Counted from the stretch's first letter, positions 1-12,133 are shown. The stretch is 61,270 nucleotides of DNA from Myxococcota bacterium (GCA_963676915.2 CAXXVK010000022.1:1-61270); one strand, 5' to 3'. The notes: generated from the sequence alone by a model not told the origin. Numbers and translations are program-made.

Positions 1-668
1 ACAGAGCACTCTGTACCATTGTCCACTAAGGGGTATTCGCATTGTCCATCCAAACAAGTTCCATTTGCATCTCGACAAAAATACCGAGAAAAATTTGCAT
101 CCATTTGGCAAGCCTCATCGCAGGCACAGGCTTCCCCTTGACCGGCTCTCGTGATGGAAATCCCCTGCGTGTTGGAAAGCCCATGAACCGTCACGCCTAA
201 AGAATAATAGTTGCTGAATTCGGTGTCGCAGGGAATCGTCACCTGAACGAAATCGTCATACCACATGACAGCAGGAAGGTAGATGGAAGGCTCGGCCTCG
301 TAGCCCAGCCAGACAATCGGGTGGTCTGCCGCCGAACTCTGGGCGTTGCCGCTGCTACCCTCACCAACACCGCGTAGACCATCGAGAGTGATTGTAATTG
401 TATCGCCTGGATGGGCAGAGGAAGGGGCGTCGGTGATAACGGGGGCATCCAAGGCAGCACTTTCACTTAATGTCAACGTTTCCGCCGTAGTACCCGAGGT
501 TGCTCCACCGCTGCCACCCACAAAAAGAATCTGTCCGTTGGTCAGCACCGTGGCCGTATGCTGGTAGCGCACGTTTTCCATGGTTCCACCATCGCTCCAG
601 TCGGCAAAAGCAGCCGTGGGCAAAAGCAGCATAACCGCAAGAATGACTGTTCCCATTGTCCGTTTCAT
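1..668 (-). CDS. Secreted kelch-repeat/Cys-rich protein, runs off the left edge (partial)
   Basis: Manual translation from ATG 668 (GGGAGG RBS): MKRTMGTVILAVMLLLPTAAFA signal peptide, one kelch motif (RYQHTATVLTNGQILFVGG), then Cys-rich CACDEAC..CRDANGTCLDGQC. Open to position 1, so it is absent from the ORF track. Confidence 0.8.
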   Translation of the reverse strand, partial: MKRTMGTVILAVMLLLPTAAFADWSDGGTMENVRYQHTATVLTNGQILFVGGSGGATSGTTAETLTLSESAALDAPVITDAPSSAHPGDTITITLDGLRGVGEGSSGNAQSSAADHPIVWLGYEAEPSIYLPAVMWYDDFVQVTIPCDTEFSNYYSLGVTVHGLSNTQGISITRAGQGEACACDEACQMDANFSRYFCRDANGTCLDGQCEYPLVDNGTECS

Positions 669-707
669 CAACGCCTCCCTGTTGAGCGCGAAAAATTTCT
701 AGCAACC

Positions 708-738
708 CTCGCTTCGCTCGGGTTTAAGTTCTAAATCA
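708..738 (-). promoter_or_regulatory. Conserved post-stop element, copy 1 (candidate DGR cis-acting hairpin)
   Basis: Minus strand TGATTTAGAACTTAAACCCGAGCGAAGCGAG, continuing GGTTGCTAGAAATTTTT. AACCC/GGGTT stem around a GC-GAA-GC mini-hairpin, 22 nt after the DUF1566 stop. Confidence 0.5.
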
Positions 739-760
739 CCAACGCATCGAATCATCCACT

Positions 761-1210
761 TCACGGTCCACTGCGGACGCAACGGGCGTTTAAGCTGTTA
801 CCTTTATCGTAATAACCCACAGTGCCATCCCCGAAACCGATGCGCCATGCGAGGATTGTAATGGACGAGTTGGATGACGATGACCAAAAATACTCCGAAG
901 GCATATCTGGAAAACTCGATGCCGGGTGGTAGCTCTCGTAATTGACAAGGCTCATCAGTTCTTTTTTGTTGGGTAATCGCCAATCGGTTTCCCCCGAATA
1001 GGTCAGACTTTCACAATAAGCTAATGCCATTTGCCAAGTCTCCCCAGAAACGTAACTCTTCTGCCAGATCAGGTTTGTCACGGAATCGAATACGATTTGC
1101 TCTCCACTCACGGGTTCCGAAACGATATATCTAGATTCGTCGGCAAAGGCAGATAGACCCAACAGTAAACCCGAGAATGCCAAAAGACTGATTCCTGGAT
1201 ACCTTTTCAT
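761..1210 (-). CDS. DUF1566 (Lcl C-terminal, CLec-fold) secreted protein
   Basis: Signal peptide; DSVTNLIWQK, TW..A..YC..L...G..DWRLPNKKEL, YFWSSS...AW..F..G...ARCVR. Confidence 0.9.
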   Translation of the reverse strand: MKRYPGISLLAFSGLLLGLSAFADESRYIVSEPVSGEQIVFDSVTNLIWQKSYVSGETWQMALAYCESLTYSGETDWRLPNKKELMSLVNYESYHPASSFPDMPSEYFWSSSSNSSITILAWRIGFGDGTVGYYDKGNSLNARCVRSGP

Positions 1211-1422
1211 CAATATTCTCCTTTATTCATTTGATTCATTGAAGTTACAGCTATAGTGTTGTTTTCATCGTTCTTTGTGCATCTGTGGCATCCAAGTTTC
1301 ATCTGTGTCAGTGATTGCATTACCGAATGCTTGCTCTTTTTTGTTCACATCGTCGAAAGGGAAGTTTTTCAACGAAATGTTGATGATCTTGACAATAAAA
1401 GAAAGAATCTCCAACTTCTGTG

Positions 1423-1454
1423 CTCGCCTCGCTCGGGTTTAAGGATTCAAATCA
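1423..1454 (-). promoter_or_regulatory. Conserved post-stop element, copy 2
   Basis: Minus strand TGATTTGAATCCTTAAACCCGAGCGAGGCGAG, near-identical to 708-738 and 21 nt after the reconstructed stop at 1476-1478. Confidence 0.5.
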
Positions 1455-1475
1455 AAAAAAATCATATCCTTATTG

Positions 1476-3059
1476 TCATTTATTGCGAATACAACGGACG
1501 TATCTAGCGTTGTTCTTATCATCGCCCCCCCACGGTGCCACTACCGAAATAGACATACCACGCGCCGTTCATCGTCGTCACCAAGGACAACGACGACCAA
1601 AAATGTAAAGAAAGTGTACCGGGAAAGACCGTTGTATCAATGGCTGGACCGTATCGACCGTCATCTATAATGCTTTGCAATTCATGGGGATTGGGCAACC
1701 TCCAGTCGGAGTGACCACCGTAGGTCAGGTCAGAGCAATAATCCAACGCCTGCTGCCAGGTCTTATTCGAGACGTAGGTTCGCTGCCACATCAAATCGGT
1801 CAAGGAATCGGTCACCACTTCGTCGGCATCCGCCAAAGCATCACAAGGGGGTTTGTACTGACCCATTGGCGTTGTAGCAGGTGTAAGTGCGTTCGTTGTC
1901 CTCATACTGGGAGTCTTGGCCGCAGAATTCTGTGGCACCACAACTTTCGGTCCCCGGCGTCCCAGGACAGGAGATGGAACTGGAGTTGTTGTAACAGGCG
2001 GTCTGATTAGTCGGTGGAACGTGCCAACAGGCGTTATATTCACAAAATTCACGGGTTATTTGAAACCCACAATATATTTCCACCGAATCCAACGCTGCGC
2101 TACCCGAATATCCACCTGCCACAACCACGCAGCCATCGGGAAGCAACGTAGCCGAATGCAGGTAACGAGCCTGAGAAAGATTGTCAGCATCCGACCATGC
2201 ATTGGTTTCGGGATTATAAATCTCCGAACTGGCCAGCGCCGCCGAGGCTGAACGACCACCGACCACCAGCACCCGGCCATCGACCAACACCGTCGCCGTG
2301 TGGCTGGCGCGTGCTTCGTTCATAGGTTGCACCGCACTCAAGGTTCCTTCAGAGAACAGATAACACGAGGAGTTTGGCGTGTTCTGCGCCCGAATGCCGC
2401 CGCAGATCAGTACGTCGCCATTCTGTAACAACGTCGCCGTATGACCGGCACGTGCATCTCCCATGGTGGTCTCCATCTGGGTGATGAGGCCTTCCGGGGA
2501 TTCCGGTTCCCATTCGAGCGAGTTAAAGATCTCGCAAGTGTTCAGGTAGGTGCTGAAATCGCTTTGCCCACCACAAATCAGCACATTGCCATTGCCGAGC
2601 AAGGTCAAGGTAGGAGCTTTGCGCGCTGTAAGCAATGTAGGACCGGCGGAAAACGTGCCCGTGGCCGGGTCGTAAAGTTCCGTCGAGGTCAGGTAGTCGC
2701 CACCGCCCTTGCGGCTGGCCACCAACGACCCAAACCTGGCCACTGTTCAGCAGGACGGCGGAATGATTCAAGCGATTCGTGTTGAGCGAACCTGTAAATT
2801 GGGGATTCTCGCCACTTTGATCAACGATCTCGGCCCGTGCATCCGAGTTGCCACCAACCAGCAAAACCCGACCATCGGTCAATAGCGTCGCTGTGTGTGC
2901 GGTTCGCCCGACATTCAAGTCCGTTGCCGCCAAAGTCAGTTGACCCAATTCCCCGTTATCTTCGGTTTTCTTCGCCGATGAAGCAGATTCTTGCGTACAA
3001 GAAAGAACGAAAAAAAGGACACTTACGCACATCCCCTGCCAGAACCATTTGCGTCTCAT
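1476..3059 (-). CDS. Lipoprotein with 6 kelch repeats and a C-terminal DUF1566 domain; three +1 frameshifts
   Basis: Joins ORFs 2523-3059, 1841-2743 and 1519-2052. Lipobox VLSC; six R..HTATLL..G.VL..GG-type repeats; DSLTDLMWQR, DWRLPN, HFWSS. Removing one base at each of 2717-18, 1847-51 and 1525-31 gives one ORF ending DDKNNARYVRCIRNK*. Confidence 0.8.
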
Positions 3060-3162
3060 ATTCAGACTGCCCCTCTCTTCTCAGCAAAAGATATTGGATA
3101 TTTGTGCAGATGCTACTGCAATTATCATCGGTTGACAATACTTCTTTCTCGGAAAGAATTCA

Positions 3163-6100
3163 TCATCGACCGCTGTTCCCATCGCTAGTGCAGAAATTTG
3201 GCTGAGTTAGCCAGTCGAGGTCGTAGCGGCTTGTAAACATATTTTGCAAAATGGAGAAATTGGCCGGGTCGAGGTCGCAGGCAAATAGTTTTACGAAATC
3301 GATGTAATCAGCGGCATCTGGAATTCCGGGAAGGATGTTGTCTGCGTTGGACTCAGAGTCATCCATTCGGTCAAAAATGATCTCCATCGTCAATGCACCA
3401 AAGCCTTCCAGTTTATCCGACCCCAATAGTCCATCTTTTCCATCATATAAATCCCACAACCCGGTAGCGACAACTCTCTCGGAAAGGAAACCGTTGTCAT
3501 TCGTTCCTGTACCCATTCCTCGATCGACGCCCCAGAGACTATCGATCGAGAAGGACTCGGAAATACAGAAATATACACCTCGGATAGTTCCACAACTACT
3601 GTGGTTGATGACTTCATCATCGTCGAGTACACGTTGTCCAAAATATATCGCCAACCCTTCGCTCCACGCTAATTTGGGGTCGCTACGTTCCCTGGTGTAA
3701 TGATTACCACCCGGTGAATCATCCCTTGCATGCATCCAAACTACATGATGTCCTAATTCGTGGAGTATAACTGAAGAATCGAATTCATCCGGGTTGTGAA
3801 TATCTCCGTGATATACAATGGCCCCGCAAGTTGATGGACATTCACCGCCTTCGACACAGGAATTATGCGAAATAAATCCGCAATTATAGTGGTAACTGGT
3901 GTCATTGTTTAAAGCAGCTTCGCCTCTTTCCCAAAAGGATACAACAGTACCAAGTTCCAAATTGTTGGCCCAATACCAACTTATCCCCTGTTTAAGTGTT
4001 TTATAGATGTTGAAAGCCCCCGAACTATCCGACTCTGCGATATAAATATCAAGCTCTTTTCGAGGTTCGGATTGCGGTATCCAGGTTTGAGAATCGAATT
4101 TATGGGGAGTTTCCGAATAGTCAGCCAGCCAAAGTTCATTATCTTCCGTAAACAGTTTCATGTGTACTGGAGTAGATGCGCCACTTGCTGGAGTGTGGAA
4201 TGTGGCAGAATAACTTCCATTAGGACCAATGATTCCGGAAGTTTCCATTAATTCATTACCCGCTGAATCGACAATTTGGAAGGGTACGCCTTCCAGGGTT
4301 CGTCTCGATGATCGTTGCCAATGTCCTTGTTTGATCTCGTATTCAGCTTTCCCGCTCACACGGTACTCCCCGCAATTGGCCGTGAACCGAAGGATTTCAC
4401 GTCCCGATCCCGAACTCCCTCCATCACTCTGGTAGCTTTCAAATCTTCCGATAACGGGAGGGTTATCGACACCGCATCCGGTGACGGTCAGTCTATAATT
4501 AGCCGGATAGTCACCGCAGGAACTCCAGTAGTCCACACGAACGATGTACTCGCCAGACGGGGGCAATTCCCAAAACACGTTTTCCTGGTTTACGTTGTCG
4601 ATACCGCAGCCAGCATTGGAATCCAAATCCAGATATCCTCCAGTGGCACTGTTTTTGTGGCTGTAGTAAATTTCTTCTCCGCTGGGTTCGATAACATGCA
4701 AGTCCACATCCGTTGGCGTATCCCAACCCAGGCTCACACGCAGATTGCCCGCTTGAGCTTCGGCGTACGTCAGCACGGGACGTGTAGGTATGAGCGATGC
4801 GGCCCGTGCGGTCCATCACTCCGTATTCCAGCGTCCAGGAACCTTGGGAGTTGTCCGGCAGGGCACCGTTCGGCAGATGGATCGGAACCACGAACGTCTC
4901 ATCCGAGCGTCTCTGCATGGCTCTCACCACGGGTCGTTTCGGGCGTAACGGAAGTATCGCCGATGGCTCGCCCGAACGTCGTCGGTTTTCCAAGCTACGC
5001 AACGCATCTAAAGAGTATGTCAAGTGACCACCCATGCCTCGCACGGACAGCAGAAGAAAAATAAAAGAGGTTGCCCCGGCTGTGTCTCCGTTCATGTCAA
5101 GAACCAGATCCGCCTCGCCGCCTGTGATGATCGATAAAGAATGGGGGAAGCTTTCGATATCCGCGCTGGCCCATAGATCTCGTTCTTCCGGCATGGATGA
5201 GGGATTGTAAACAGCATACTCGTGGCGCAGGAGCATCGGATCGTTCGCAGCGAAAAACATGCGAATATCATCCAGTCTGGTACGGCTGCCATCCGTGGCG
5301 ACAACATCGACGGGAATCGGGTACCATCGTTCCTCTATCTGGAGAGACGATGGTAACGAATAGGTTGCCCTGTACCAGCCATCACCGAGGGGGAGGCAAA
5401 GGAAACCGAACTCTGCTGAAATCCGCTGACGATCTCGGAGAAGTCAGGTTCAATGTCGAAGATCGACCCATCGGCCTGAATGTCGATTTTCACGCTACGT
5501 GAAGGATAGATCGTCTCGGGAGCGTCAAAGGCCAGAATCGTAGCCGTAGGATTCGTCACCGTGAATTGAGCTTGCCCGTCTCCTTCTCGACCGTCTTCCG
5601 AAAGGACGTGGATACGGATGGAATGAGAACCATCACTGAACTGGGTCGTTGGAATCGTGAAGCGGCCCATCCAATCTTGCAATGATCCCATGGACTCCTG
5701 GTCCAAAAACAGTTCAGCTTCAACCACCGGTTCTTGAACGGCAACGGAAAAATGGACGAGCCCCTGGGTGACCACGGTCTCTTCCAACGTTACTTGCACA
5801 TCGATCTGCGTGATGCACTGGCCGGTATCCTGCCAGAGTCCCGATACGCAAGCCTGCGCCTTGGACCCTTGATGATCGTTCATCGTGCATGAAACAACTC
5901 GTGCGGAATTGTCTCTGCACTCGTCCGAATCAAGACAAGACTCCGTATTCCGCCAAAATCCGGAAACACACTCCATAGAATAAGATCCACGTCCATTAAG
6001 ACCACACGAAACCTGCTGAATCGAATCATCTTCACACTCATCGGGATCGTTACAGATAGCGGTGTTCGACCAAAAACCGTTTTCGCAAGATTGTTCCAAT

Positions 6101-7158
6101 ACGCCACGACCGTTTAAACCACAAGCCGTGACACCTAGGCGGTGTTGATTGTCAATACAATAGTCTGGATCTACACAGCGCTGAGAGACCGACCAGTGGC
6201 CATCGATACAGGTTTTGTAAAGATTTCCCCGCCCATTCAGGCCACATGCAATATCACTCTCCTGATCCTCCATCATGGCATCTTCGGGACAAATTCCTGC
6301 GGATTCATCGCAATACTCTTCCAGATCGCATGCTCCTGCCGCAGGTCTACAACGCACGCTGGAGGGTTTAGGACTCCAATTGTAGGCATCGGTCGATGAA
6401 TCGCATTTTTGACAAAGGTTCTCCGGATTGCTTAACCCATCCAAGACACATACATTTTGAATGTCGCAGTACCCGGACTCGCAAACGCACCACCCGGTGT
6501 TTTGATCGCAGATTCGATGGGAAGAAGCTTCACAAGGATCAGGATCGCAAGGGTCGGTAGTACACTCATTTCCATCGCCGTTCCAATGCCATCCATTGGC
6601 TTCATCACATCCTCCGCAATTGTCTCCCGCGTACCCTGTGTAGCAAGTACATGCAATGGCTCCGCTCGAATCATCGCAGTCGCCGTTGCCATTGCAAGAG
6701 TTTACCTCACACGCTCTATCGATAGCGCAATTCTCGCCTTCTTCATGAAATCCTGGCAAACATCCACCGCAGAGTGCCGTACCGTGATCATTGCTGCAAA
6801 CGCGGTTTGCCTCACTGCAAACATTGTCTGAATTGCATGGATAGGACGGTTTGCAGGAACCATCACCATAATCTTCAAAACCGTCATCGCAAGAGCAGAG
6901 GAAACCATCATTCCCCTCAAGCGAGCAGTTTGTTTTGTTTTCATCAGAACAAGGGTTTGGATTGCACGGATCCGTCGTTTGGGAGTTTTCGTTGTCACCA
7001 TCCACCGCCTCGTCATCCACATCACCAGAGATGGGGGTGCCATCCACCGTGTCTTGGTCACCGTTTAAAGGGGTATCAGTGGGTGCATTATTTTCGGAAC
7101 ATCCTATGGTCAAAGACAAAAAAAACAATAAAAGCCCCGTAAGAAAGGACTCTTTCAT
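3163..7158 (-). CDS. Large surface lipoprotein: EGF/disintegrin-like Cys repeats, Ig-like domain, YfaP/DUF2135-like domain, HExxH zinc peptidase-like domain; two +1 frameshifts
   Basis: Joins ORFs 5335-7158, 4511-5260 and 3163-4776 through a G5 run (5389-93) and a G3 run (4777-79). Lipobox TIGC; CRPAAGACDLEEYC; CGLNGRG repeats; LRVSLGWDTPTDVDLHVIEPSGE; VILHELGH...AWSEG. Confidence 0.75.
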
Positions 7159-7550
7159 ATCTCGCCTCCTAAACGTGAGCGAAAGAAGATAAATGTTTCT
7201 TATAAATAGACTGCAATTGTGAATAAGCTAACACATCGGTTTTGACGGATCAAGCACGACACCCACAAATGTAGCAAGCTGTCATTTCACGTCGAATCGG
7301 AGGGGATGACGCAAATCCGCACTTTCTCGCTGTGAGCTACGTCTGTGCGGGTCGAACCACGTCAAACCCTGCCGTTTCGCACTCGAACTCCGCCGTTTGT
7401 GCGGCACATTGTGCTGTCATATATGACGGATTCTGTGACATATGACAGAAAACAGCCGTTTTCGGGGGAATACGCAGACTCGTGTCTGCCGGACGTTTTT
7501 GCGTTATCTCCTTCGAATCGGCGCGGTTTTACTGTGTTTGACGCGCTTTT

Positions 7551-8372
7551 TCAGTCACCGAATTTCGGTGGGCGACGCTCTCCGAAAGCGGCAATGGCCT
7601 CGAAAAGATCCGGGTTGGGCAACAGGCCGATCTGCTTGATACCGACGTACTCCAGCCCTTCTTCGATGGTCCGCCCGCGTCCCCAATTGAGCACTTCCTT
7701 GGTGATCTCGATGGCCGCCGGAGAATTTCCGGCAATGCGTTCGCCCATCTCCTGTGCGGCTTCCCAAAGCGCCTCGCGGTCGTCGAAAATCTCGTTGACA
7801 AGGTGCATCCGGCAGGCGCGCTCGGCCTCGATATCCGAGGCGGTAAACGCCATTTCCCGCACCAGTCCTTCTCCGATGATCTTGGCAATGCGTTGCAGAC
7901 TACCGAGGTCCGCCACCATGGCGACAGCGGCTTCTTTGAGGTTGAATTTGGCGTCTTGAGCGGCCAGGCGGATGTCGCAGGCGGCGATCAGATCCAACCC
8001 ACCACCGACGCAATAGCCGTGTATGGCGGCGATGACCGGCTTGCGGCAGGTTTCCGGGGCCGAGGTGGCGTCCTGAAACCGGCGGATGGTGTCGAGGAAT
8101 TTCTGCTTGGTACGTCCCCCGGCCTCGCCCGACATCAACTCGGGAACCTCCATGGCCATACCCATCAGGTCCAACCCGGCGCTGAAGACTTTTCCCTCGG
8201 CGGCCAGTACCACGGCGTGGGTCTCCTTGTCCCGGTCGGCTTCTTTGAAAACCTGGGGCAGCTCGATCCAGAAATCCTTGCCCATGGCGTTTCGTTTTTG
8301 GGGATTGTTCATCACGATCCAGAACACGCCGTTTTTCTTTTCGGTGCGGAAAACTTTATAGTCGGTTGTCAT
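7551..8372 (-). CDS. Enoyl-CoA hydratase/isomerase (crotonase family, dienoyl-CoA isomerase-like)
   Basis: FSAGLDL, KPVIAAIHGYCVGGGLDLIAACDIR, ADLGSLQR motifs. Confidence 0.92.
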   Translation of the reverse strand: MTTDYKVFRTEKKNGVFWIVMNNPQKRNAMGKDFWIELPQVFKEADRDKETHAVVLAAEGKVFSAGLDLMGMAMEVPELMSGEAGGRTKQKFLDTIRRFQDATSAPETCRKPVIAAIHGYCVGGGLDLIAACDIRLAAQDAKFNLKEAAVAMVADLGSLQRIAKIIGEGLVREMAFTASDIEAERACRMHLVNEIFDDREALWEAAQEMGERIAGNSPAAIEITKEVLNWGRGRTIEEGLEYVGIKQIGLLPNPDLFEAIAAFGERRPPKFGD

Positions 8373-8401
8373 GTTGACCTCGATTTCCTTTATGTTTTCA
8401 G

Positions 8402-8626
8402 GTAGGTCGGACTAATTTTTAGCCCGACAATTTTCGAAAACCAACCCAGATGTCGAGAAAGAAATTTACCCGACATCAGTCTATAGCATATTCAGTAGGT
8501 TGGATGATTTTCACCCGACAATTTTACAAAAAGATCCTTTGTGTCGGGTGAAATCACCCGACTTACGGTTTTTCCTACAAAAAATCTCCCCACTTGGCCT
8601 TGTCGGGCAAGAAATTTGCCCGACCT
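8402..8626. repeat. Cluster of 5 GTAG-type REP palindromes (family A); the last is interrupted by the IS110
   Basis: GTAGGTCGGACTAATTTTTAGCCCGAC (8402), 8451, GTAGGTTGGATGATTTTCACCCGAC (8495), TGTCGGGTGAAATCACCCGACTTAC (8542), TTGTCGGGCAAGAAATTTGCCCGACCT (8600). Confidence 0.85.
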
Positions 8627-8677
8627 TGTATGATCTTTATTGTGTCAGTTTTCAGGTGTTTGTTGTGGTAAAATGGT

Positions 8678-9784
<1,107 letters not shown>

Positions 9785-9824
9785 CTTCAATCACAGTCGC
9801 TACATCGTCTACATCGTCAATTCG

Positions 9825-11813
9825 TTAGAGCGTATTCAGTTTCCGATAGGCATCCCGGATGGCATGCGCCGCGTTGCCCACTTCCCCGGCATCGCCCACG
9901 CGAACCACTTCGCCTCCAAAGCCTTCCACCACGTCGGCCAGCGGATCGAAGGGCGCTACACCGGCGGCCATGACCACCGTATCGGCGGGAAGTACTCGGG
10001 TTTCCTCGCCGACTTCGATGTGCACGCCGTCGTCGTCGATCTTCGTGACCTTCGCCGAAGCGATCGCTTCGACACCCATTTCTTTCATTTCCTTCATCGC
10101 GATCCACTTGGTGGATTTACCGATGCCTCCGCCGATCTTGCGGGCCATTTCCACGATGGTGATTTTCTTGTTGCCCTTCCACAGAAGTTCCCGGATTACC
10201 TCGGGTTTTTCGGCGTCGTGCTTGATCAGGAAGGCAGCGGTTTCCGGCGAAATCGTCCCGACTTCGGCGAGGAACAGCGCGGTGTCCACTCCGGTGGCAC
10301 CGCCACCGATAACCACCACGTTTTCACCGACCGACACCTTGTTTTCGAGCACGTCCAGGGGGAACACGACGTTGTCGCATTCGGCACCCTCGATCGGCGG
10401 CACGACGGGCTTCGAACCGGTAGCCACGACAAGTACGTCGGGCTTGCGGGATTCGAGCAACTCTTTCGTTACTTCCACCCCGGTTTCGAGGGTGACGCCT
10501 TGCAACTCGGCCTGACGTTTGAATACCGGGATCATGCGGAAGAATTCGTCTTTGTTCGGAGCGCTGGAAGCGGCGTAAATCTGCCCGCCTAAACGGTTTT
10601 CTTTTTCGACCAATGTAACCTTGTGCCCACGTTTGGCGGCTACGGCTGCGGCCATCAGACCAGCCGGTCCACCCCCGGCGACGAGCACGTTTTTCGGCTC
10701 GGTCAGGGGCGTTTTCGCTTCGTCCTCGTGACCTACTTCGGGGTTCATCAGGCAACCAAGCTGGCGCATCTGGAAGATGTTGTCGAGGCATTCCTGGTTG
10801 CAGGAAATGCACTGCACGATGTCTTCGCCACGTTCCTCACGAGCCTTGTTGGGCCATTCGGGATCGGTGATCAGGGCGCGACCGAGGCTCACCATGTCGC
10901 ACCAGCCCTCCTGCAACAGTCGTTCGGCCAACTCGGGTTGGTTGATGCGGTTCGCTGCCGCCACCGGAACATTGACCAGCCGTTTTACGTTGCGTCCCAA
11001 GTAAGAGTAGCCGCCTCGCGGCAGAGCGTTGGTGATCTGCGGCACACGCGATTCGTGCCAGCCGCCGGTCACGTTGAACATCTGCGCCCCGGCTTCCTCC
11101 AGCAATTGGGCGAAGCGGGCGTTTTCTTTGTTGGTATTGGAGTCTTTTACGAAATCGTTGCCGGAAAGTCGCACCGTAATGGGGAAATCGCCCACAGCCT
11201 TGCGCACCGCCTGCACGACTTCCACGCCGAAGCGGGCGCGGTTTTCGAACGATCCGCCGTATTCGTCGTCGCGGAGGTTGGTCAGAGGACTGAAGAACTG
11301 GTTGACCAGGTACCCGGCAGAGGCGATGATTTCCACCGCGTCGAAGCCTGCTTCTTTGACCCGAGCGGCGCAAGAGGCGAACTCCTGAATGCTGTTGGCG
11401 ATGTCGTCGAGCGTCATGGCCTTGCTTTTTTCGCGGGTCAGGCCACTGATCGTCTCGGAGGCGGAATAGGCCGGTTCTCCACCCAGCAGGAAACTGTAGG
11501 TATAGCGCCCGGCATGATAGAGCTGGCAGCCGGTGAAGCCACCTTCTTCATGTACCATGTCGGTGAAACGCTTCATGCCCGGCAGGTATTTGTCGTCGTT
11601 GATCCCCACCATGAATTCCGCCCCGGCGCGGCTGTCGGTGGGGCATCCGCCGATCTGAATCAACCCGCAGCCACCCTTGACCCGCAGTCGGTAGAATTCG
11701 ATGAACTTGTCGTTCATCATGCCGTCCATGGTGAAATTCAGGTGCATGGCGGGCATGACGATGCGGTTGGGAAGTTCGAGCGTACCGATGGAAATGGGCG
11801 TAAACAGTTTCAT
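9825..11813 (-). CDS. fadH: 2,4-dienoyl-CoA reductase (NADPH) / old-yellow-enzyme flavoprotein
   Basis: LPNRIVM, QLYHAGR, GFDAVEI..SAGYL, GGWHESRVP, CISCNQECLD Fe-S motif, two GxGxxG motifs. Confidence 0.85.
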   Translation of the reverse strand: MKLFTPISIGTLELPNRIVMPAMHLNFTMDGMMNDKFIEFYRLRVKGGCGLIQIGGCPTDSRAGAEFMVGINDDKYLPGMKRFTDMVHEEGGFTGCQLYHAGRYTYSFLLGGEPAYSASETISGLTREKSKAMTLDDIANSIQEFASCAARVKEAGFDAVEIIASAGYLVNQFFSPLTNLRDDEYGGSFENRARFGVEVVQAVRKAVGDFPITVRLSGNDFVKDSNTNKENARFAQLLEEAGAQMFNVTGGWHESRVPQITNALPRGGYSYLGRNVKRLVNVPVAAANRINQPELAERLLQEGWCDMVSLGRALITDPEWPNKAREERGEDIVQCISCNQECLDNIFQMRQLGCLMNPEVGHEDEAKTPLTEPKNVLVAGGGPAGLMAAAVAAKRGHKVTLVEKENRLGGQIYAASSAPNKDEFFRMIPVFKRQAELQGVTLETGVEVTKELLESRKPDVLVVATGSKPVVPPIEGAECDNVVFPLDVLENKVSVGENVVVIGGGATGVDTALFLAEVGTISPETAAFLIKHDAEKPEVIRELLWKGNKKITIVEMARKIGGGIGKSTKWIAMKEMKEMGVEAIASAKVTKIDDDGVHIEVGEETRVLPADTVVMAAGVAPFDPLADVVEGFGGEVVRVGDAGEVGNAAHAIRDAYRKLNTL

Positions 11814-11930
11814 GGTCTTCTCTTTCCGAAACGGGGGAATAATCGTTGCATGATGTTTTTCTACGCACCCTCAAACGTAGACGAAAACGCCTGAATTGTG
11901 CAAGATTTTTGGTGGCTGGGAGTAGAAGGG

Positions 11931-12133
11931 GGGGTGCATCATAAAATGGTGCGAATTGGCCAATAATATTGAATCATTCATTCATTGGGTTGTAGCGGCG
12001 AGGCGTAAGCCCGCCGAAAAGGGAGATTGGGGGCGTAAAAGCAACTTTCAAAAGGCAAAAACGGCGGGCTTACGCCTCGCCGCTACGAAAAAAGAGGATT
12101 TTACGAAAGTCGCACTATTTTGTGATGCACCCG
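11931..12133. mobile_element. MITE-like element copy 1 (~203 bp) with internal REP doublet
   Basis: TIRs GGGTGCATCAYAAAAT; 9-bp direct repeat GTAGAAGGG at 11922-30 and 12134-42; internal GTAGCGGCGAGGCGTAAGCCCGCCG and its reverse complement. Confidence 0.85.

Noticed and set aside
239-705. Track ORFs 239-466, 346-567 and 463-705
   Set aside because: They are alternative frames of the real minus-strand gene that starts at 668.
8402-8626. CRISPR array
   Set aside because: The units are degenerate palindromes with irregular spacing, they recur as dispersed REPs, and there are no cas genes.
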